The position numbers were made by a program, and so were the translations under genes. The notes beneath the pieces were generated by a model, which was given only the letters and a program-made list of their open reading frames with translations, was not told the origin of the DNA and did no database searches. A stretch of DNA of 64,000 bases from Thermoleophilaceae bacterium (GTDB lineage: Bacteria; Actinomycetota; Thermoleophilia; Solirubrobacterales; Thermoleophilaceae). This document shows positions 59,979-64,000 of this stretch, piece by piece (positions within the stretch are counted from its first letter, which is position 1; every line of letters starts with the position of its first letter). The stretch covers positions 25,400 through 89,399 of the forward strand of contig JAXDIL010000118.1 of assembly GCA_034664005.1 (NCBI GenBank). The letters run 5' to 3'.

Positions 59979-60745
59979 TGAGAGTTGTGTACCTGGCGAA
60001 GTGCAAGCGCTCGGCCGCGCGGGCGCTCGACTGGCTCGTGGGCGAGGGTGCGGAGGTGGCGGCCGTGGTGGCGTCCGAGCCGGACGAGTTCACGCGCGAC
60101 GAGCAGCGCGTGGACCTCGTGGCCGAGCGGCACGGGCTGCCGCTGATGTCCGCCGAGGCGCTGCAGGAGTCGCCGCCCGAGGGCGTGGACCTGGTGCTGT
60201 CCTTCCTGTTCTGGCGGCGGATCCGCGAGCCGCTCCTGTCGGCGGGTCGCCTGGGCTGCCTCAACTTCCACCCTGCGCCGCTGCCCGACATACGTGGGGT
60301 CGGTGGCTACAACGTCGCCGTGCTCGAGGGGTTGAGCGAATGGGGCGTGTCCTGCCACTTCGTGGACGCCGAGCTCGACACCGGCGACCTCGTTGAGGTC
60401 GAGCGCTTCCCGATCGACCCCGACACGGCCACGGCGTTTTCGCTCGACCTCGAGAGCCAGGAGCACCTGCTCGGGGTCTTCCAGCGCGTGGTGGGGCGGG
60501 CGCTCGCGGGCGAGGAGCTTCCGCGCACGCCGCAGGGCCCGGGGCGCTACGTGGACCGCCAGGAGTTCGAGTCGCTGCGGCGGGTGCAGCCCGGCGACGA
60601 CCTCGACCGGAAGCTGCGCGCGTTCTGGTATCCGCCCCACCCGGGAGCCGTGCTCGAGGTGGACGGAAAGCTGCTCACGCTCGTCGACGAGGGGCTCCTT
60701 GCGGACACCGCTCGGGCCTACCGTGAGGCGGGTCAGGTGCCCTAA
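59978..60745 (+). CDS. Formyltransferase family protein (Fmt/ArnA N-domain-like)
   Basis: 255 aa from ATG 59978, which overlaps the upstream stop by 1 nt. The LNFHPAPLPDIRGVGGYNVAVLEG...HFVDAELDTGDL motif (H-x-S/A-LLP-x-RG, D) is typical. The 1014-aa track ORF is mostly antisense run-on. Confidence 0.8.
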   Translation: MRVVYLAKCKRSAARALDWLVGEGAEVAAVVASEPDEFTRDEQRVDLVAERHGLPLMSAEALQESPPEGVDLVLSFLFWRRIREPLLSAGRLGCLNFHPAPLPDIRGVGGYNVAVLEGLSEWGVSCHFVDAELDTGDLVEVERFPIDPDTATAFSLDLESQEHLLGVFQRVVGRALAGEELPRTPQGPGRYVDRQEFESLRRVQPGDDLDRKLRAFWYPPHPGAVLEVDGKLLTLVDEGLLADTARAYREAGQVP

Positions 60746-60754
60746 CCTGGGCCG

Positions 60755-63700
60755 ATGGCCTGCCCGTCCTGCGGTGCCGAGACTCCGGCAGGTGCGCGCT
60801 TCTGCATGAACTGCGGCGCGGCGATCGAGCGGCACTGCCCGAGCTGCGGGACCACGGCGCCGGGCGAGGCGCGCTTCTGCATGACATGCGGGACGTCGCT
60901 CGAGGACGGCGCGCCCGCGCCCGTGCCGCCGACGAGCTCGCCGCCCGCGCTGCCGGAGGAGCGCCGCCAGGTGACGGTGCTGTTCGCCGACCTGTCCGGC
61001 TACACGGCGTTCGCGGAACGGATGGACCCGGAGACCGTCAAGTCGCTGGTGGACCGCGCGCTGATGCGGCTGGGCCAGGAGGTCGAGCGCTACGGCGGCA
61101 CGGTGGACAAGTACATCGGCGACAACGTGATGGCGATCTTCGGCGCGCCCGTGGCGCACGAGGACGACGCCGAGCGCGCCGTCCGCGCCGGGCTCGGCAT
61201 GCAGGCGGCGATGGCCGAGGTGAACGAGGGCCTTCCCGACAGCGTGCACTTCGCGCTGCGCGTGGGCCTGAACACGGGTGAGGTGATCGCCGGGGCGGTG
61301 GGCGCCGCCTACACCGTCATCGGCGACACCGTGAACGTGGCCTCGCGCCTCCAGAGCGTGGCGCGGCCGGGCAGCGTGACCGTGGGCGCGCGCACGATGC
61401 GCGCGACGGCCGCTGCGGTCGAGTACGAGGAGCTCACGCCGTTCGAGCTGAAGGGGAAGGCCGAGCCCGTCCCGGCCTGGGAGGCCGTGGGGCTGATCGC
61501 CGAGCACGCGCTGGGCAGGGTGGCCGCTGCGAGCGAGTCGCCGCTCACCGGTCGCCAGCAGGAGCTCAGCGCACTCGAGGCGATCTACGACCGGGTGGTG
61601 CAGGAGGGCAGCTCGCACCTCGTGACCGTCGTCGGCGAGGCCGGGGTCGGCAAGTCGCGGCTGCTCCGCGAGTTCGAGCACCGGCTGGCGAAACACGCGT
61701 CGGCGCCGACGCTGCGCACCGGGCGCAGCCTCCCCTACGGCAGCGGGATCGTGTTCTGGGCGCTCGGCGAGGTGCTGCGTGCGGAGTGCGGGATCGTCGA
61801 CTCCGACTCCTCCGACCAGGCGTGGCAGAAGCTCCGCTCGTACGTCGGCGACCTGATCGGCAAGCGCGACGACTACTCCGACCGTGAGGCGGCGCTGATC
61901 GGCCGGCTGCTCGGCGTGGAGGTGCCCGGCGAGCTCGTGCCGGACGAGGACGACCCCGAGCGGATGCGCGAGGCGTTCCTGGCGGCGCTCCGGCGCGGCA
62001 TCGAGATGATGGCGACGCGACGGCCGCTCGTGATCGCGTTCGAGGACATCCACTGGGCCGACGACGGCATGCTCGACGCGATCGAGCACCTCGCCCAGTG
62101 GGTCCGCGCGCCGCTCATGCTGGTCTGCCTCGCGCGCGACGAGCTGCTCGACCGGCGTCCGAGCTGGGGCGGCGGCCGCCGCTCGGCCACGCAGATGATG
62201 CTGAGTCCGCTGAGCGACGAGCACAGCCGCGCGCTCGTCAGGGCGTTGCTGCCCGAGGGCCACGAGGTGGTGCCCGCGGTCGCCGCGCGGTCGGGCGGCA
62301 ACCCGCTGTTCGCCGAGGAGATGGCGCGCCGGATCGTGGAGGAGGGAACGATCGAGGCGGGCGAGCTGCCCGACACCGTCCAGGCCGTGCTGGCCGCGCG
62401 GCTCGACTCGCTCGAGCCGTTCGAGCGGCGGCTCGTCCAGCAGGCGTCGGTCGTCGGTCGCACATTCCCCGAGGAGGCGCTCGTGAGCCTGGCGCGCTCC
62501 GAGGGACGCGATCTCGGCAGCGCGCTCGTGTCGCTCCAGGAGAAGGACATCCTCGGTCCGGCGTCCGACGGCCCGCTGATCGGCGAGCGCGAGCTGGCCT
62601 TCAAGCACGTGCTGATCCGTGACGTGGCCTACGGGATGCTCCCGAAGGCGGTGCGCTCGAGGAAGCACTTCGAGGTGGGCGCCTTCCTCGAGGAGCGGGC
62701 GCGCGACCGGACCGACGAGTTCGCGGCGCTGCTGGCCGAGCACTACGGGCGCGCCGCGGCGCTGGGGCGCGAGAGCGGCGTGCCGCCACAGGAGCTGGAT
62801 CCGATGCGCAAGCGGGCGCTTCGCTTCCTCGACGAGGCCGGCGACGCCGCGGCGCTCCTGTACGCGAACCGCGAGGCGGCCGAGCACTACCGGCACGCGC
62901 GCTCGATCTGCCCACAGGACGGGCGCGAGGACAGTGTGCGGATCGGGGAGAAGCTCGGGGACGTGTCGCTCCGGCTCGGTCGCGTGGACGAGGCGATCGG
63001 CGTGTGGTCCGACTCGCTCGAGTGGCATCGCGGCCAGGAGGACCTCGAGCGCGTGGCGGACCTTCACCGCAAGATCGGCGCGGCGCTGTCGCACAAGGGC
63101 GAGCGCAAGGCGGCGATCGAGCACTACCAGAAGGGCATCAACCTTCTGAAGGACGGGCCGCCCCGGATCGAGCTGGTCCGGCTCTACGAGGAGGCCGCCT
63201 GGCTGTACCTCCACACGGGCGACAACATGCTCGCCATCTACGCGTCCGAGAAGGCGCTGCGCCTGGCGGAGCGGCTGGACGAGACCCGCGCCGCGAGCCG
63301 CGCGCACGGCATCTTCGGGCGCGTCTTCGGCCGCATCGGCGACACCGAGAAGGCGCGCGAGAACCTGGAGCGCGCGGTGGAACTGGCGCGCGGCTCGGAC
63401 GACCACGAGACGATCCTGGCGCTGTCGGCGCTCGGGCGGCAGCTGGAGATCTCGGAGGCTGACGTGGCCGGCGCGCGGACCGTCTACCAGGAGGCGCTCG
63501 AGCTCGCGGAGCAGGTGGGGATGCTCCCCGCCCAGGTGGAGCTGCACGCCTGGCTCGCGCAGCTCGCCGCCTATTCGGCGGACTGGGATCAGGTGGAGCG
63601 CTCCACCGAGGCGAGTGCCGCGCTTGCCGAGCGCGAGGGCCTCGTCGGCAAGCTCTGCCTCCCGTACGCGCTGCGCGGGCTGTTGCGCTGGCGCGAGGGC

Positions 63701-64000
63701 CGCATCGGCGAGGCCGCCGTCCTCTTCCACCGGGCACACGAGCTGGCCGAGCAGGTGGGCTGGTCCGAGATCGCCTTCCAGGCGCTGTTCGGGCTCGCGC
63801 TGGCGCTGCGCGACCAGGGCGACCTCGACGGCGCCATCGCCGCGCTCGACCAGGCCATCGAGGTCTGCGAGCGGGCCGGGCTGATCGCCCAGTCGATCCA
63901 GGCGACCGGCTCCCGCGCCGTGGCCCTGGCCCTTGCCCACCGCCCTCAGGCGGCGCGCGAGGCGGCCGCGATGGCGTCGCAGCTATCCGAGCGGATCCAC
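60755..64000 (+). CDS. Zinc-ribbon / class III adenylate-guanylate cyclase / AAA ATPase / TPR protein (paralogue of 19115-22594), 3' end off window
   Basis: Own translation from ATG 60755: MACPSCGAETPAGARFCMNCGAAIERHCPSCGTTAPGEARFCMTCG...RRQVTVLFADLSGYTAFAERM...GGTVDKYIGDNVMAIFG...GEAGVGKSRLL...TPR-like repeats. The frame stays open to base 64000. It is absent from the track, and the 1321-aa minus ORF 59975-63940 is its antisense shadow. Confidence 0.88.
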   Translation, partial: MACPSCGAETPAGARFCMNCGAAIERHCPSCGTTAPGEARFCMTCGTSLEDGAPAPVPPTSSPPALPEERRQVTVLFADLSGYTAFAERMDPETVKSLVDRALMRLGQEVERYGGTVDKYIGDNVMAIFGAPVAHEDDAERAVRAGLGMQAAMAEVNEGLPDSVHFALRVGLNTGEVIAGAVGAAYTVIGDTVNVASRLQSVARPGSVTVGARTMRATAAAVEYEELTPFELKGKAEPVPAWEAVGLIAEHALGRVAAASESPLTGRQQELSALEAIYDRVVQEGSSHLVTVVGEAGVGKSRLLREFEHRLAKHASAPTLRTGRSLPYGSGIVFWALGEVLRAECGIVDSDSSDQAWQKLRSYVGDLIGKRDDYSDREAALIGRLLGVEVPGELVPDEDDPERMREAFLAALRRGIEMMATRRPLVIAFEDIHWADDGMLDAIEHLAQWVRAPLMLVCLARDELLDRRPSWGGGRRSATQMMLSPLSDEHSRALVRALLPEGHEVVPAVAARSGGNPLFAEEMARRIVEEGTIEAGELPDTVQAVLAARLDSLEPFERRLVQQASVVGRTFPEEALVSLARSEGRDLGSALVSLQEKDILGPASDGPLIGERELAFKHVLIRDVAYGMLPKAVRSRKHFEVGAFLEERARDRTDEFAALLAEHYGRAAALGRESGVPPQELDPMRKRALRFLDEAGDAAALLYANREAAEHYRHARSICPQDGREDSVRIGEKLGDVSLRLGRVDEAIGVWSDSLEWHRGQEDLERVADLHRKIGAALSHKGERKAAIEHYQKGINLLKDGPPRIELVRLYEEAAWLYLHTGDNMLAIYASEKALRLAERLDETRAASRAHGIFGRVFGRIGDTEKARENLERAVELARGSDDHETILALSALGRQLEISEADVAGARTVYQEALELAEQVGMLPAQVELHAWLAQLAAYSADWDQVERSTEASAALAEREGLVGKLCLPYALRGLLRWREGRIGEAAVLFHRAHELAEQVGWSEIAFQALFGLALALRDQGDLDGAIAALDQAIEVCERAGLIAQSIQATGSRAVALALAHRPQAAREAAAMASQLSERIH

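Noticed and set aside
59975-63940. 1321-aa minus-strand ORF, the longest in the track
   Set aside because: The translation is Arg/Ala/Gly/Pro/Leu-rich with no motifs. The opposite strand encodes clear formyltransferase and cyclase/AAA/TPR proteins. It is an antisense open frame typical of very GC-rich DNA.
1-64000. rRNA genes, CRISPR arrays, prophage structural modules, IS elements
   Set aside because: A scan of both strands found none. No spacer-interrupted repeats, no terminal inverted repeats flanking a transposase-like ORF, and no capsid, terminase or portal-like proteins.

Overview
Very GC-rich, actinobacterial-type chromosomal window. The left 26 kb is accessory. A complete tRNA-Ala(CGC) at 1919-1991 is followed by three further direct copies of its 3' end (19038-19080, 24381-24402, 25911-25955). 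This is the signature of successive insertions into one tRNA gene. Segment 1 (1992-19080) is visibly less GC-rich than its flanks. It carries a complete type I restriction-modification operon (hsdM-hsdS-hsdR) surrounded by uncharacterised genes with defence-like hallmarks: two PD-(D/E)xK nuclease-like proteins co-directional with hsdR, a membrane protein plus a DUF429 RNase H-like protein, a UDG-superfamily-like protein, a TIGR02391 protein, a coiled-coil/winged-helix protein, and DUF2188 plus RmuC. I found no integrase or recombinase anywhere in the array. Segment 2 holds a zinc-ribbon/class III cyclase/AAA/TPR protein divergent from an MFS transporter fused to a cNMP-binding domain. Segment 3 is a single secreted gene (ice-binding-like, collagen-like, DUF11-like). 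From 25956 onward the content looks like core genome: M28 peptidase, F420-type oxidoreductase, amino-acid ABC transporter, ECF sigma/anti-sigma pair, CN-hydrolase plus polyamine binding protein, TetR/MocR/MarR regulators, a nine-gene form II cox-type molybdenum hydroxylase cluster, a cell-wall amidase, an envelope glycan cluster, and a second cyclase/AAA/TPR paralogue that runs off the right edge. No rRNA, CRISPR array or transposase was seen. All domain calls rest on motif recognition by eye, with no database search. Many long ORFs in the supplied track are antisense or run-on artefacts of the high GC content.
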